This document shows, piece by piece, positions 63,740-64,000 of a stretch of DNA of 64,000 nt (its first letter is position 1; every line of letters starts with the position of its first letter). The DNA comes from an uncultured Bacteroidota bacterium (GTDB lineage: Bacteria > Bacteroidota > Bacteroidia > Bacteroidales > WCHB1-69): NCBI GenBank assembly GCA_942493315.1, contig OW818690.1, positions 942,696 to 1,006,695 on the forward strand. Direction: 5' to 3'. The notes under the pieces are model-generated. The model was not told the origin of the DNA. It saw only the letters and a program-made list of their open reading frames with translations, and did not search any database. Made by a program: the position numbers and the translations under genes.

Positions 63740-64000
63740 ATGAACAATTTACTCGAAAAATTAGAAGCGATATACCACAGATGGTTAGCCATTGCAGAGG
63801 AGATCTCTCTTCCGGATGTAATGTCTGACATGAAAAGATACATCAAGCTGAACAAAGACTACAAAGACTTACAACCCGTAGTTGAAGCATACAAAGAATA
63901 CAAAAATGTGATTGAAAACATAGCCAACACCAAAGATATCATTTCAGTTGAAAAAGATGATGATTTCAGAGAGATGGCTAAAGCTGAGCTTGATATTTTT
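63740..64000 (+). CDS. prfA: Peptide chain release factor 1, N-terminal part (3' end outside window)
   Basis: My manual translation MNNLLEKLEAIYHRWLAIAEEISLPDVMSDMKRYIKLNKDYKDLQPVVEAYKEYKNVIENIANTKDII..MAKAEL matches the RF-1 N-terminal helical domain. The frame is open to the window end and is absent from the ORF track. Confidence 0.8.
   Translation, partial: MNNLLEKLEAIYHRWLAIAEEISLPDVMSDMKRYIKLNKDYKDLQPVVEAYKEYKNVIENIANTKDIISVEKDDDFREMAKAELDIF

Overview
AT-rich Bacteroidota-type sequence. The assignment rests on the gliding genes gldD and a gldB-like gene next to ssb, many T9SS C-terminal sorting domains, TAnnTTTG -7 promoter boxes, and FISUMP and BNR proteins. All calls come from reading the ORF translations and the DNA by eye; no searches were run. 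The layout is core DNA broken by two accessory regions. Core block 1 (1-13.9 kb) carries an MFS remnant, the H+-pyrophosphatase hppA, gldD, a gldB-like gene, ssb, an EF-G paralog and secreted or T9SS proteins. Accessory region 1 (13.9-18.8 kb) carries an orphan RHS tip with a JAB/JAMM toxin domain plus an immunity gene, an IS1595 transposase remnant, and an intact IS1634-family IS flanked by a 33-bp direct duplication. Core block 2 (18.8-38.2 kb) carries lpdA, an envelope redox operon with two SOR-fold-like secreted proteins, MarR plus a CDF transporter, a hybrid histidine kinase, a sterol-reductase-like gene plus SDR, and a BNR/Ycf48-like propeller. Accessory region 2 (38.2-58.3 kb) consists of small gene cassettes separated by mosaic low-complexity repeats. 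Core block 3 (58.6-64 kb) carries feoAB, a DUF4838-like gene and the start of prfA. The main candidate for a new system is a translationally coupled, markedly AT-rich five-gene operon at 42648-54659. It encodes a 955-aa polytopic protein whose C-terminal part carries RodA/FtsW (SEDS)-like motifs, a 469-aa membrane coiled-coil protein, and a 777-aa protein with a P-loop and DxxG GTPase-like core behind a degenerate N-terminal copy. It also encodes an 870-aa single-pass protein and a 937-aa N-anchored protein with complete SxxK / SxN / KTG penicillin-binding transpeptidase motifs. The 14.5-kb segment carrying this operon is bracketed by inverted copies of a GC-rich repeat. The segment also holds iteron-like repeats and an 11-unit 21-nt GATC-rich tandem array.
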